From Pseudomonas aeruginosa (GTDB taxonomy: Bacteria > Pseudomonadota > Gammaproteobacteria > Pseudomonadales > Pseudomonadaceae): 32,000 nt of DNA. Below are positions 1 through 13,988 of the stretch, piece by piece. Position numbers and translations under genes: made by a program. Position 1 is the stretch's first letter, and each line of letters begins with the position of its first letter. The stretch lies in NCBI RefSeq assembly GCF_001457615.1, contig NZ_LN831024.1, positions 5,550,001 through 5,582,000 on the forward strand, given 5' to 3'. Below the pieces are notes generated by a model, which saw only the letters and a list, made by a program, of their open reading frames with translations, made no database searches and was not told the DNA's origin.

Positions 1-1
1 C

Positions 2-382
2 AGCCACGTGCTGATCGAGGTCGGCGTGGCCCACGCCGGCCACGGCGGCTACCAGGCGCCGGCGGAGCGCAAGGCGGCGAGCATCGTGGTCGACTTCATC
101 ACCCCGGAGAGCGCCACTTCCATCTGGTACTTCTGGGGCATGGCGCGCAACTTCCAGGCCCACGACCAGGCGCTCACCGAGAGCATTCGCGAAGGCCAGG
201 GAAAGATCTTCGGCGAAGACCTGGAAATGCTCGAAAGCCAGCAGCGCAACCTGCTGCGCCATCCACGGCGCGACCTGCTGAAACTGAACATCGACGCCGG
301 CGGCGTGCAGGCCCGGCGCATCATCGAGCGCCTGCTGGCGGACGAGCGCCAGGCCGCCGCCCCCAACCGCGCCCAGGCCTGA
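2..382 (+). CDS. vanA: Vanillate O-demethylase oxygenase subunit, 3' end only (partial at window edge)
   Basis: Open frame to TGA at 380-382 (..DFITPESATSIWYFWGMARNF..LLRHPRRDLLKLNIDAGGVQARRIIERLLADE..), typical of Rieske aromatic-ring oxygenase VanA C-termini. Directly upstream of vanB. Confidence 0.9.
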   Translation, partial: SHVLIEVGVAHAGHGGYQAPAERKAASIVVDFITPESATSIWYFWGMARNFQAHDQALTESIREGQGKIFGEDLEMLESQQRNLLRHPRRDLLKLNIDAGGVQARRIIERLLADERQAAAPNRAQA

Positions 383-396
383 CGGGAGCCTTCGCC

Positions 397-1350
397 ATGA
401 TCGAGGTCATCGTCGGCGCCATCCGCCTGGAGGCGCAGGATATCCACAGCTTCGAACTGTTCCGGGCCGACGGGGCGGCCCTGCCGTCCTTCGAGCCGGG
501 CGCACACATCGACCTGCACCTGCCCAACGGCCTGGTCCGCCAGTACTCCCTCTGCGGCCCCGCCGAACGGCCGCGCCACTACCGTATCGCCGTACTCCGC
601 TGCCGCGATTCGCGCGGCGGCTCGGCCACGCTGCACGCCGAACTGCGGGTCGGCCAGCGCCTGCACATCGGCGAGCCGCGCAATCTCTTCCCGCTGTCGC
701 CGGAGCCCGGTCCGCGCCTGCTGTTCGCCGGCGGCATCGGCATCACGCCGCTGCTGGCGATGGCCGAACGCCTGGCCCGCGATGGCGCCGACTTCCAGTT
801 GCACTACTGCGCGCATTCCGCCGAGCGCGCGGCCTTCGTCGACTACCTTGGCCGGTGCGCCTTCGCCGACCGCGTGCACTGCCACTTCGACCACGGCGAA
901 AGCAGCCGGCGCGCGGACCTTCGCGCCCTGCTGGCGACCAGTCCGCGCGACGCCCAGCTATACCTTTGCGGGCCGGCGGGCTTCATGCAGTGGATCGAAG
1001 AAAGCGCCCGCGAACTGGGCTGGGAAGCAAGCCGCTTGCATCGCGAGCACTTCGCCGCCGCGCCACGAGACGCCAGTGCGGACGGCACCTTCGAAGTGCA
1101 GTTGGCGAGCAACGGGGCGCTGATCCGGGTCGCCGCCGGGCAGACCGTGCTGGCGGCCCTGCGCGAAGCCGGGGTGGACCTGCCGGCCTCCTGCGAGCAG
1201 GGCATCTGCGGCACCTGCCTGACCCGCGTGCTGGACGGCGAGCCGGAGCATCGCGACCTCTACCTCAGCGAAGAGGAGCAGGCCGCCAACGATTGCTTCA
1301 CGCCCTGCTGTTCGCGTTCGCGCAGCCCACGGCTGGTGCTGGATCTCTAG
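397..1350 (+). CDS. vanB: Vanillate O-demethylase reductase (FMN/NAD-binding plus C-terminal 2Fe-2S ferredoxin domain)
   Basis: 317 aa. Contains RQYSLCGP, LLFAGGIGITPLLAMAE, YLCGPAGFM and the plant-type ferredoxin motif CEQGICGTCLTRVLDG. Confidence 0.93.
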   Translation: MIEVIVGAIRLEAQDIHSFELFRADGAALPSFEPGAHIDLHLPNGLVRQYSLCGPAERPRHYRIAVLRCRDSRGGSATLHAELRVGQRLHIGEPRNLFPLSPEPGPRLLFAGGIGITPLLAMAERLARDGADFQLHYCAHSAERAAFVDYLGRCAFADRVHCHFDHGESSRRADLRALLATSPRDAQLYLCGPAGFMQWIEESARELGWEASRLHREHFAAAPRDASADGTFEVQLASNGALIRVAAGQTVLAALREAGVDLPASCEQGICGTCLTRVLDGEPEHRDLYLSEEEQAANDCFTPCCSRSRSPRLVLDL

Positions 1351-2060
1351 TCGGCGGCGACGTCGCCGTGAAGCACGGTGACACCCTGCCGCGCCGGATC
1401 GAAGTAGTCGGCGTAGCGCAGGGTCGCATTGGCGTGCTCGCGCATGATCGCCTCGGCGCGCGCCCCCTGGCCGTTGACCAGCGCGTCGACCACCGCGTGG
1501 TGCTGCATGTGGGCAAAGTTGAAACGGCGGAATTCCTGCTCGAGATTGTCGCGATCCACCGCCAGGGCGCTCACCGAGGCGAACGGCAGGTGGTCGTTGC
1601 GCGCCAGCGCCACGGCGATCGCCGGGTTGCCGCTGGCCTCGATGATGGTGCGGTGGAAACGCATGTTCATGCGCTGGTAGCGCTCCAGCTCCTCCAGCAG
1701 GACCTGGCCGTTGGCGAACAATCGGTCGCCCTCGGCCAGGCATTCCTCCAGGGTCGCCCGTGCCTCGGCGGACAGCCCGCGCTCGGCCGCCTGGCGTGCC
1801 GCCAGGCCTTCCAGAACGCCGCGCACCTCGACCGCGCCGGCGATATCCTCGCGGGTCACCGCGCGCACCCTGTAGCCGCGCCCGGTCTTGCACAGCAGGC
1901 CTTCCTGCTCGAGGGTACGCAGGGCGATGCGCACCGGCATGCGCGAGACCTGCAGGCGTTCGGCGGTGGGAATCTCGACGATGCGCTCGCCGGCGGCGAG
2001 TTCGCCGGAAGCGATCAGCTTGCGTAGCTCGGCCAGCACGCGTTGGCCCGGTTTGCTCAT
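1347..2060 (-). CDS. vanR: GntR-family (FadR subgroup, FCD domain) regulator, probable VanR
   Basis: 237 aa: IASGELAAGERIVEIPTAERLQVSRMPVRIALRTLEQEGLL (wHTH) plus an FCD-type C-terminus. Convergent with vanAB. Confidence 0.82.
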   Translation of the reverse strand: MSKPGQRVLAELRKLIASGELAAGERIVEIPTAERLQVSRMPVRIALRTLEQEGLLCKTGRGYRVRAVTREDIAGAVEVRGVLEGLAARQAAERGLSAEARATLEECLAEGDRLFANGQVLLEELERYQRMNMRFHRTIIEASGNPAIAVALARNDHLPFASVSALAVDRDNLEQEFRRFNFAHMQHHAVVDALVNGQGARAEAIMREHANATLRYADYFDPARQGVTVLHGDVAAD

Positions 2061-2123
2061 GGAATTCGCTTATTCGATCGGGACGTCCGGGGCATCATAG
2101 CGTGCCCCGGCCGCCTCCGCCGG

Positions 2124-3242
<1,119 letters not shown>

Positions 3243-3261
<19 letters not shown>

Positions 3262-4175
3262 ACCCGGCGCGCGGCGACCAGGTCCTCCAGCGCATAACCC
3301 ACCGACTTGAACAGGGTGATTTCCCCGGGATCGCCGCGCCGCCCTGCCCCGCCCAGCAAGTCGCGCAGTTCGGTGGATATCGCCTCGCGCCCGATGGCGC
3401 CTTCGGCGATCGCCTGCAACAGGTCGCCGGCCTCTTCCAGCGCGCCTGCGCGGGTATCCACCACGACCCGCGCGCGCGCCACCGCCAGGGCGTCAGTCTC
3501 GCGCATGGACGGCAGGAAGGCGCCGACCAGGTCGAGATGGACGCCCGGCTTCAGCCATGCGCCGCGCACCAGCGCTTCGCGGGAGGTGGTAACGCAACTG
3601 ACGCAATCGGCCGCCTCCACCGCCGCGCGCAACCCGTCGGCCGCTCGCGCCGGGTAGCCCTCCTCGCGCAGCCGGGCGGCCAGCGCGGCGGCCTTGGCCG
3701 GATCGCGGCCCCAGATGTCGATGTGGCGATAGTCGCGCACGCAGGCGTGGGCCCGCACCATGTGCGCAGCCAGGGTTCCGCAGCCGACCACCAGCAGGCG
3801 CCGCGCATCGTCCCGCGCCAGGTAGTCGGCGGCCAGCGCCGAGCTGCAGGCGGTACGCCGGGCGGTCAGCTCCGAAGCCTCCAGCAACGCCAGCGGGCGA
3901 CCGTCTTCGCCGTCGAACAGAGCGAACACCGCGGCCACCGCCGGCAGGCCACGCGCCCCATTGCCAGGGAACACCGTCACCAGTTTCACGCCGATCCCCT
4001 CACCGGCCTGCCACACCGGCATCTGTAGCAGCGAGGCCTGCGCCGGCAAGGCATGGCAGCTGCGCAGCGGCGCACTGCAAGGCTTGGCCAGGCCGATGCG
4101 CAACGCCTCGATCAGTTGTGGATAAGACAGGCGCTCGGCGACCTCGGCGTTGCTGAAAAAGCGCAGGCTGTGCAT
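3243..4175 (-). CDS. Ornithine cyclodeaminase / mu-crystallin (ketimine reductase) family protein
   Basis: 310 aa: VKLVTVFPGNGARGLPAVAAVFALFDGEDGRPLALLEASELTARRTACSSALAADYLARDDARRLLVVGCGTLAAHMV, matching OCD family layout with a Rossmann domain. Confidence 0.88.
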
Positions 4176-4208
4176 AAGTCGAGTTTCCTCCGTGGCTCCA
4201 GGGCAGCG

Positions 4209-4239
4209 CCCGCCCCGGCGGCCAGGCAGCCGGGGCGGG
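4209..4239. promoter_or_regulatory. Perfect 11-bp GC-only inverted repeat with 9-nt loop (intercistronic hairpin)
   Basis: CCCGCCCCGGC-GGCCAGGCA-GCCGGGGCGGG. Lies between the livF-like stop and the OCD gene start, with no T-run on the minus-strand exit side. Confidence 0.75.
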
Positions 4240-4245
4240 GCGCGC

Positions 4246-4958
4246 TCAATGTCCGCCGAGATAGGCGTTGCGCACCTCCTGGTTGCCGAGCAGTTCTTCG
4301 CCGCTGCCGCTCATGCGGATTTCCCCGGTGACCATCACGTAGGCGCGGTCGGAGAGCTTCAGCGCATGGTTGGCGTTCTGCTCGACGAGGAAGATGGTCA
4401 TGCCGCTCCTGGCCAGCTCGCGCAGGGTCTGGAAGATCTGCTTGACCACGATCGGCGCCAGGCCCAGGGAGGGCTCGTCGAGCAACAGCAACTTCGGCCG
4501 GCTCATCAGCGCGCGGGCGATGGCGAGCATCTGCTGCTCGCCGCCGGACATGGTCATGGCGCGCTGGTTGCGCCGCTCCTTCAGGCGCGGGAACAGCTCG
4601 AACATGCGCTGCATGTCCTCCTCGGCGTGGTCCATGCCGATGGGAATGGTACCCATCAGCAGGTTTTCCTCGACGCTCATGTCGGGGAACACCCGGCGTC
4701 CTTCCGGCGACTGCGCGATGCCGTTGGACGCCACGTAGTGCGCCGACTTCTGGCGGATGTCCTGGCCGCGATAGAGGATCTGCCCGGCCGCCGCACGCGG
4801 CTGGCCGAAGATCGACATCAACAGCGTCGACTTGCCCGCGCCGTTGGCGCCGATCAGGCTCACCGTCTCGCCCTCGTTGACCTGCAGCGAGACCTTCTTC
4901 AGCGCCTGGATCGGCCCGTAGAACACGTCCACCTCACGGAATTCCAGCAACGCCGCGC

Positions 4959-4962
<4 letters not shown>
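4246..4962 (-). CDS. Branched-chain/hydrophobic amino-acid-type ABC transporter ATP-binding protein (LivF-like)
   Basis: 238 aa: Walker A GANGAGKS, signature MSGGEQQML, LLLLDEPSLGLAP. Confidence 0.93.
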
Positions 4963-7105
<2,143 letters not shown>

Positions 7106-7115
7106 CGTCGTCCCC

Positions 7116-8030
<915 letters not shown>

Positions 8031-8222
8031 TTTTCAGTCTCTTCAGGGCGAATCGCGACGGCCTTTGTAAGGCGCGCCGGCGCTCGCCGGTGAAAGCGGA
8101 CGGGTGCTACTGAAACGGCCCCGGATCGCGGGACTCCAGACCGACCACACGCAGACGTCTTCGGTGAATCCGCACTACGGCGGCAAGCACGGGCGAGCAC
8201 TTCAGCAGCTCCCGGACTTACC

Positions 8223-8250
8223 CATGCGCCGGGCCTGTGCCCGGCGCATG
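8223..8250. promoter_or_regulatory. Perfect 12-bp stem / 4-nt loop hairpin between the binding-protein and LivH-like genes
   Basis: CATGCGCCGGGC-CTGT-GCCCGGCGCATG. Immediately 3' of the binding-protein gene (stop at 8265, minus strand), no U-run following. Confidence 0.8.
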
Positions 8251-8264
8251 GCGGTCGAGCGCGA

Positions 8265-9389
8265 TCAGGGCAACTGGTGGTACTTGCCCTTGTCGTCCCA
8301 CTCGTAGACCACGTAGTCGGAGACTTTCAGGTCGCCCTTCTTGTCCCATTCCTTCTTGCCCATCACGGTCTGCACCGGATGCGACTTCAGCCACTCGGCG
8401 GCCTTGGCCGGATCGTTGGCGCCGGCGCCGTTGAAGGCCGCCGCCAGGGACTGGATCGAGGCGTAGGAGTAGAGGGTGTAGCCTTCCGGCTCGAAACCGC
8501 CGGCACGGAACTTCTCCACCACCGCCTTGCCGTCGGGGATCAGCCGCGGGTCGGCGCCGAAGGTCATCAGCACGCCCTTGACGTACTGCGGACCGCCGGC
8601 GGTGGTCGCCAGTTCGTCGGTGACCACGCCGTCGTCGGACATGAACCTGGCGGTCAGTCCCTGTTCGCGCATCTGCCGTACCAGCGGACCGGCTTCCGGA
8701 TGCAGGCCGCCGAAGTAGACGACCTCGGCACCGGAGGCGCGGATCTTGGTGACCAGCGCGTTGAAGTCCTTCTCGCCGCGGGTCAGGCCCTCGTAGAGAA
8801 CCTCTTTCACGCCGAGCTTGTTCAGTTGCGCCCTGGTGGCGTCCGCCAGGCCCTGGCCGTAGGTGTCCTTGTCATGGATCACCGCGACCTTCTTGGCCTT
8901 GAGCACGTTGACGATATAGTCGCCGGCGACCACGCCCTGCTGGTCGTCGCGGCCGCACATGCGGAACATCCCGGAGAGTCCGCGCTCGGTGACCTGCGGG
9001 TTGGTGGAACCGGGGGTGATGGCGATGATCCCGGCCTCGTCGTAGACCTCGGATGCGGGGATGGTCGAAGAAGAGCAGAAATGGCCGACCACGGCGATGG
9101 CCTTGTCCTGGTCCACCAGGCGGTTGGCCACGGCCACGGCCTGCTTCGGTTCGCAGGCGTCGTCGGCCTTGACCAGCTTGATCTTCTCGCCGTTGATCCC
9201 ACCCGCCGCGTTGATGTCTTCCGCCGCCTGGGACGCGCCGCGCCAGTATTGCTCGCCGAAGGAGGCGTTGGCGCCGGTATGCGGTCCGGCCACGCCGATC
9301 ACGACGTCGGCCAGCGCATGCGTGGAAAGACCCATCACGGATGAAACCGCGAGAGCCAGGATGCCTTTTCTGAACAGCTTCTTGGACAT
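8265..9389 (-). CDS. Periplasmic amino-acid-binding protein of the ABC transporter (LivJ/BraC-like)
   Basis: 374 aa from MSKKLFRKGILALAVSSVMGLSTHALADVVIGVAGPHTGANASFGEQYWRGA, with signal peptide and Peripla_BP_6-type sequence. The tabulated ORF is extended upstream. Confidence 0.94.
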   Translation of the reverse strand: MSKKLFRKGILALAVSSVMGLSTHALADVVIGVAGPHTGANASFGEQYWRGASQAAEDINAAGGINGEKIKLVKADDACEPKQAVAVANRLVDQDKAIAVVGHFCSSSTIPASEVYDEAGIIAITPGSTNPQVTERGLSGMFRMCGRDDQQGVVAGDYIVNVLKAKKVAVIHDKDTYGQGLADATRAQLNKLGVKEVLYEGLTRGEKDFNALVTKIRASGAEVVYFGGLHPEAGPLVRQMREQGLTARFMSDDGVVTDELATTAGGPQYVKGVLMTFGADPRLIPDGKAVVEKFRAGGFEPEGYTLYSYASIQSLAAAFNGAGANDPAKAAEWLKSHPVQTVMGKKEWDKKGDLKVSDYVVYEWDDKGKYHQLP

Positions 9390-10008
9390 GGGGTGTTGCT
9401 CCTGAGGATGATGTTGGCGCTCGTAACTACGATGTTGTTGTTGTGTTTCGCTCAACAGGCAGAGCAAGCGGCGTGCCATTCGTTTTTTTCCTGAGTGGCC
9501 GGCCACAAGAACTTTAGCCCTCCTTTCCGTTTTTATCTTTGTTATTGGAAATCAGTCATTTAGGCATTTCTCCGAATCCCCTTCGGAGAGCTACAGCCCA
9601 GGCTTCACAAGGCCTGAACCGTTCCTAGGAATAACTCTACAACGATATTGAAGCGGTTAGAAACTGCACGTCACTGGTGCGTTCCACGCACTAATTGAGG
9701 TCCTCTTTTTCAATGAAAGTGCAGGACAGAGCGGTTTTTAAAATTAATATGAACATGAACTTCCTGGAATTCGGTACTTGGCGGAAAAAGTCGATTCGAA
9801 TACGACATGAACATATCCGTTAGCGACGCCACGTTCGGCGCAAAACCCTGTGACGGATTCGTCATAAGCCAGCGAATGCTCTATCGCGAGACTTGCCGGC
9901 AGTAATAAGCGTCGCCCGGCACTCCGGCAAGCGAGCTTTCCTCCCTACGTCATTCCGTTTATTCATATAACGCGTTCCGCCCGCTCCACCCGCGCCAGGA
10001 AACCCGCC

Positions 10009-10947
10009 ATGCTGAACAAACGCCGCCTGCCGTCGATGACCGCCCTGCAATGCTTCGAAGCGGTAGCCCGGCACCTGAGCTTCACCCGCGCCGCCGAAGA
10101 GTTGAGCCTGACCCAGAGCGCCATGAGCAAGCAGGTCGCGCAACTCGAGGAGCAACTGCAGCACGCCCTGTTCCGCCGGGTGCGCAAGCGCTTGCAACTG
10201 ACCCCGGCCGGCGAGCTGTACCTGGCCGAGGTACGACGCATCCTGCAACAGGTAGAGCTGTCCACCCGCTTCCTGCTTTCCTACGGCGGCGAGACCGAAG
10301 TGCTGCGAGTGGCGACCCCGCCGACCTTCGGCGCGCGCTGGCTGATCCCGCAACTGAACGGCTGGCGCCACCGCCACCCGAACATCCACCTCGACCTGCG
10401 CCAGGAACTGGAACCGGACGACCTGCGCCAGGGCCATTGCGACCTGGCGTTCTTCTTCGGCCCCGGCACCCTGCCGGGCGCCGAGTGCATCCGCCTGTTC
10501 GGCGAACAACTGGTGGCGGTCTGCGCGCCATCCCTGCTGCCGGCCGGCGGACTGGACGAACCGACCCAACTGGCGGGGCTGGTGCTGCTGCAGAACGCCA
10601 GCCGCGCGGAGGCCTGGCACGACTGGTTCGCCAGCCTGGAGCGAAATTGCCAGGGTTGCTACCACGGTCCACGCTTCGACACCTTCTACATGTGCATCCG
10701 CGCCGCCCAGGCCGGTTGCGGGGTAGCCTTGCTACCGCGCTTCCTGGTCGAGGAGGAACTCGCCGAAGGCAAGCTGGCGATCGCCTGGCCGCACGCCCTG
10801 CCCAGCCAGGAGGCCTACTACCTGGCCTATCCCGAGCATGCCGCGGAAGTCCCCAAGGTGCGCCATTTCATCGAGTGGATGGTAGAGCGCCTGGAGCAGG
10901 AGCAACCCTCAGCGGGCCCCCGCCAGACGCGCCACGGCCCGGTTTGA
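10009..10947 (+). CDS. LysR-family transcriptional regulator (GcvA-like)
   Basis: 312 aa: [44 protein letters not shown]. Divergent from the ABC operon. Confidence 0.93.
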   Translation: MLNKRRLPSMTALQCFEAVARHLSFTRAAEELSLTQSAMSKQVAQLEEQLQHALFRRVRKRLQLTPAGELYLAEVRRILQQVELSTRFLLSYGGETEVLRVATPPTFGARWLIPQLNGWRHRHPNIHLDLRQELEPDDLRQGHCDLAFFFGPGTLPGAECIRLFGEQLVAVCAPSLLPAGGLDEPTQLAGLVLLQNASRAEAWHDWFASLERNCQGCYHGPRFDTFYMCIRAAQAGCGVALLPRFLVEEELAEGKLAIAWPHALPSQEAYYLAYPEHAAEVPKVRHFIEWMVERLEQEQPSAGPRQTRHGPV

Positions 10948-11003
10948 CGTTTCCGCTGCGCGGAACCATCTTTACTCTCACTCGGTTCACCTCGGAACGT
11001 CCC

Positions 11004-12629
11004 ATGCTCACTGGCGTCACGGTTCGAATCCGCCTGCTGGTCCTGGCGCTGCTACCGCTGACGATGCTCGTCACGGTCATCGCGATGGCGCTGGCCAACG
11101 CCAGTCGACTCGATGCCAGCTTCCAGGACCTTTTCAACAACCGGATGAAGCCCATCAGCCAGCTCAAGATCGTCGCCGACGCCGTTGCGGTCAGCGTGGT
11201 CGACGCCCTGCACAAGTACCGTGCGGGGGTCTTCGATGAAGAGCGCCTGCAGCAGGAGTTGAGTGGGGCGCTGTCGCGCATCGAGAAGTCGTGGGCCGAC
11301 TATTCCGCAGACCACCGGACTGCCGCCGAGAAGGAAATCATCGAGTCGCTGGTCCCCACCTTGGAACGGGTCAAGCGGATGACCCTGGCATACGGCGAGC
11401 AGGCCAGGGCCGGAAGCCTGCGAAACGTCGAGGCCGGCACGTTCAATCGCGAGATGTATGGTGCGTTCGATCCGCTGGGAACCGCGCTGTCGACGCTGAT
11501 CGACCTGCAGCTCAGTGAAGGCGCCAAGCTCAACGAGCAGATGGAGAAACGCTACGACTCCATGCGCACCACCTTCCTGCTCATCGGCGCCGCAGCCCTG
11601 GTCCTCATCGTCGCCGCGGCCTGGTTCATCAGCCTGTCGATCATGCGCCCGCTTTCCGATCTGCGCGGGGTGATCCGCCGCGTGCAGGACTCCTCGAATC
11701 TCACGCTCCGCGCCGATGCGCGCGGGCGCGACGAAGTGTCCGATACGGCGCGCGCCTTCAATATGATGCTGGAAAGCCAGCAGGCGCTGCTTCGGCATCT
11801 CGCCGATACAGCCAGGAAGCTCACCATCACCTCGGACGAGATGAGTGCCATCAGCAACCAGGTCAGCCATGTCGCCACGTCCCAGGGCGACCAGACCGAC
11901 ATGGTCGCCACGGCGGTACACCAGATGAGCATGGCGGTCCAGGACGTGGCGCGGAACGCCCAGGCCGCCGCAGCCAGCGCGGAATCGGCGAACAGCGAGG
12001 CGCACACCGGAACCGGACTCGTGCATGCGAACCTCGACGCCATCCAGGGCCTGTCGGTCATGGTCGGAGAGGCGGGAGCCGTCATCGACACGCTACGCAA
12101 CAAGACCGAGGAAATCAGCACCGTTCTGGAAGTCATCCAGAACATCGCCCAGCAAACCAACCTGCTCGCCCTCAATGCCGCGATAGAAGCCGCACGGGCG
12201 GGCGAGGCCGGACGCGGGTTCGCGGTGGTCGCCGATGAAGTGCGCAGCCTGGCCACCAATACGCACAAGGCCACCGAAACCATCCGCGAGATGATCGAAG
12301 CCCTGCAGGCAGGCGCCAGCAGCGCGGTCAGCGTGATGCAGCAGTCACGCGAGCAGGCCCAGGTCAGCGTCCAGCGCGCCCACGAGGCGGGAAAGGCGCT
12401 CGGTCTCATCGCCCAGGCGGTCGAAGGTATCGCCCAGAGCAACGCGCAGATATCCACGGCGACGGAAGAACAGACCGCCACCGCGAGCGAGGTCAGCCAG
12501 AACATCGACTCGCTCAATGCCAGCATCGGCGAAGTCGCCGAGGGCGCGGTGAAGACCTCCACCTCCAGTGTCGAGCTGGCGAAGCTGGCAAACGGACTGG
12601 AGCAGCAGATCCAGCGCTTCACCGTCTAG
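11004..12629 (+). CDS. Methyl-accepting chemotaxis protein (4HB-like periplasmic domain, HAMP, MA domain)
   Basis: 541 aa from [23 protein letters not shown]. Signalling hairpin tip sequence [44 protein letters not shown]. The tabulated 859-aa ORF is falsely extended through the LysR gene. Confidence 0.94.
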   Translation: MLTGVTVRIRLLVLALLPLTMLVTVIAMALANASRLDASFQDLFNNRMKPISQLKIVADAVAVSVVDALHKYRAGVFDEERLQQELSGALSRIEKSWADYSADHRTAAEKEIIESLVPTLERVKRMTLAYGEQARAGSLRNVEAGTFNREMYGAFDPLGTALSTLIDLQLSEGAKLNEQMEKRYDSMRTTFLLIGAAALVLIVAAAWFISLSIMRPLSDLRGVIRRVQDSSNLTLRADARGRDEVSDTARAFNMMLESQQALLRHLADTARKLTITSDEMSAISNQVSHVATSQGDQTDMVATAVHQMSMAVQDVARNAQAAAASAESANSEAHTGTGLVHANLDAIQGLSVMVGEAGAVIDTLRNKTEEISTVLEVIQNIAQQTNLLALNAAIEAARAGEAGRGFAVVADEVRSLATNTHKATETIREMIEALQAGASSAVSVMQQSREQAQVSVQRAHEAGKALGLIAQAVEGIAQSNAQISTATEEQTATASEVSQNIDSLNASIGEVAEGAVKTSTSSVELAKLANGLEQQIQRFTV

Positions 12630-12631
12630 CA

Positions 12632-12663
12632 AGCGCGGCAGGGAGCGGCCTCACCGGCCCTGC
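12632..12663. terminator. Hairpin between convergent mcp and nrtR genes, likely terminator
   Basis: GCGGCAGGG (12632-12640) pairs with CCCTGCCGC (12655-12663). Weak T-tract. Confidence 0.6.
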
Positions 12664-12675
12664 CGCACCCGTTTG

Positions 12676-13371
12676 TCAGGACGCCAGCAGGCTGCGGTCG
12701 AAAACGAAGGCGCCGCCCGGCTTCGGGGTGAAATGCAGGACGTGTTGCGGGCGCCCCATGGGCGGACGCTGGCGTTCGCCGGTGTCCTCGACCCAGCCAG
12801 CCTCCTTCATCCGCTCCAGGCGCCCGCGCAGGCTGGAATGCTGGACTTCCTGGCCGATGGCGCACTCGAAGGCCTTCAGCGCCTCGGCCACGGTGAAGCG
12901 CGGCGCCAGCAGGAACAGCGGCAGGGCGCTGTACACCGACTTGCTCGCCAGGCGCTCGCAGGCCTGCTGTACCAGTTGGGCGTGGTCGAACGGCAGGGCG
13001 AAGCGCTCGCTGCGAACGTCGCGCAGCGGCACGAAGTCGAGGTCGTCGTCCTCCACCCGGGTGTCCGGACCGACCAGCACCAGGTAGAACACGCTCAGCG
13101 ACCAGCCGCGCGGGTCGCGTACCGCGTTGCCGACCGTGGCCACCTGCTCGATGTAGGCCGGCTCCAGCCGCGCCTTGTCGCGCAGGGCGCGCACCGCCGC
13201 GTCGTCGAGGCTGTGGTCGGCGCTGCGGCCGTTGACCAGCACGCCGGGCAAGGCCCACTGGCCGGCGAAAGGCGCCTGGGCGCGGCGGATCAGCAACAGC
13301 TCCAGTCCGTGCCCGGGGTTCAGGCGCAACGCCACGATATCCACGCTGGCCAATACTTCCGCTGAACTCAT
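12676..13371 (-). CDS. nrtR: Nudix-related transcriptional regulator of NAD metabolism
   Basis: 231 aa from MSSAEVLASVDIVALRLNPGHGLELLLIRRAQAPFAGQWALPG. Degenerate Nudix box (no REUXEEXGU) followed by a wHTH, adjacent to NAD genes. Confidence 0.9.
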   Translation of the reverse strand: MSSAEVLASVDIVALRLNPGHGLELLLIRRAQAPFAGQWALPGVLVNGRSADHSLDDAAVRALRDKARLEPAYIEQVATVGNAVRDPRGWSLSVFYLVLVGPDTRVEDDDLDFVPLRDVRSERFALPFDHAQLVQQACERLASKSVYSALPLFLLAPRFTVAEALKAFECAIGQEVQHSSLRGRLERMKEAGWVEDTGERQRPPMGRPQHVLHFTPKPGGAFVFDRSLLAS

Positions 13372-13385
13372 CGTCACTCCTCTCT

Positions 13386-13988
13386 TCAGCCCGCCTGGCG
13401 TTCGCCGCCATAGCAGTGCAGTTCGTCCTTCACTTCCGGCAGGCACCAGGCCTCCGGTACCGCCAGCCCTTCACGCAGGCGCTGGCGGATCATTGAGCTG
13501 TGCAGCGGCAGCCGCTCCTCCGCCACCAGCCGGCCGAAGCGCCAGCACAATTCGGCGGCGCGTTCGAAGCGCGGCAGCTCCGCCTCGTTGTCGGCGCCGA
13601 TCAGCAGGGCGATCCGCGGTGACGCCAGGCCGCTACGCGCGGCCAGCGCTTCCAGCAGGTCGATGCTGTAGACCGCCGGACGATCAGGCATCAATCCTGC
13701 TTCGATCGGTTCGCAATACACCCGCCGCGGATCGATCCGCCGAGCCAGCCGCGCCAGCCAGCGGCAGCGCAGCTCGAAATCGCCCATGCGCTTGCCGAAG
13801 GCGTGGCGGTGGCTCGGCACCAGGGCGACCCGTTCGGCGCAAAGCAGCGCCCGGCGGATCACCGACTCATGGCCGGGGTGCGGCGGGTCGAACGCCCCAC
13901 CGTAGACCGCGAGGGCGAAGTCGGGGGCGCGTCCGCCGCTCATCCCGGCAGGCAGTCGGCGAATCCGGCAACTTATTTCATCACGCAT
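13386..13988 (-). CDS. nadD2: Nicotinate-nucleotide adenylyltransferase paralogue
   Basis: 200 aa from MRDEISCRIRRLPAGMSGGRAPDFALAVYGGAFDPPHPGHESVIRRAL (GGxFDPxHxGH nucleotidyltransferase motif). Confidence 0.85.
   Translation of the reverse strand: MRDEISCRIRRLPAGMSGGRAPDFALAVYGGAFDPPHPGHESVIRRALLCAERVALVPSHRHAFGKRMGDFELRCRWLARLARRIDPRRVYCEPIEAGLMPDRPAVYSIDLLEALAARSGLASPRIALLIGADNEAELPRFERAAELCWRFGRLVAEERLPLHSSMIRQRLREGLAVPEAWCLPEVKDELHCYGGERQAG

Noticed and set aside
855-2027. 390-aa plus-strand ORF over the vanB 3' end and vanR
   Set aside because: Alternate frame/antisense of two well-supported genes. Composition is artefactual.
4117-4125. Inverted TTATCCACA inside the OCD-family coding sequence as part of the DnaA-box cluster
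   Set aside because: It lies about 860 bp from the others and encodes ordinary residues (..LSYPQLIE..). Kept only as a side note because it may be chance.
10951-10965. TTCCGC-TGC-GCGGAA hairpin after the LysR gene as a terminator
   Set aside because: Only a 6-bp stem with no real T-tract. Support too weak to list as a feature.
10050-12629. 859-aa ORF spanning an alternate frame of the LysR gene into the chemoreceptor
   Set aside because: The first ~318 codons are an out-of-frame reading of the LysR gene. Family-like sequence starts at [12 protein letters not shown] (11004).
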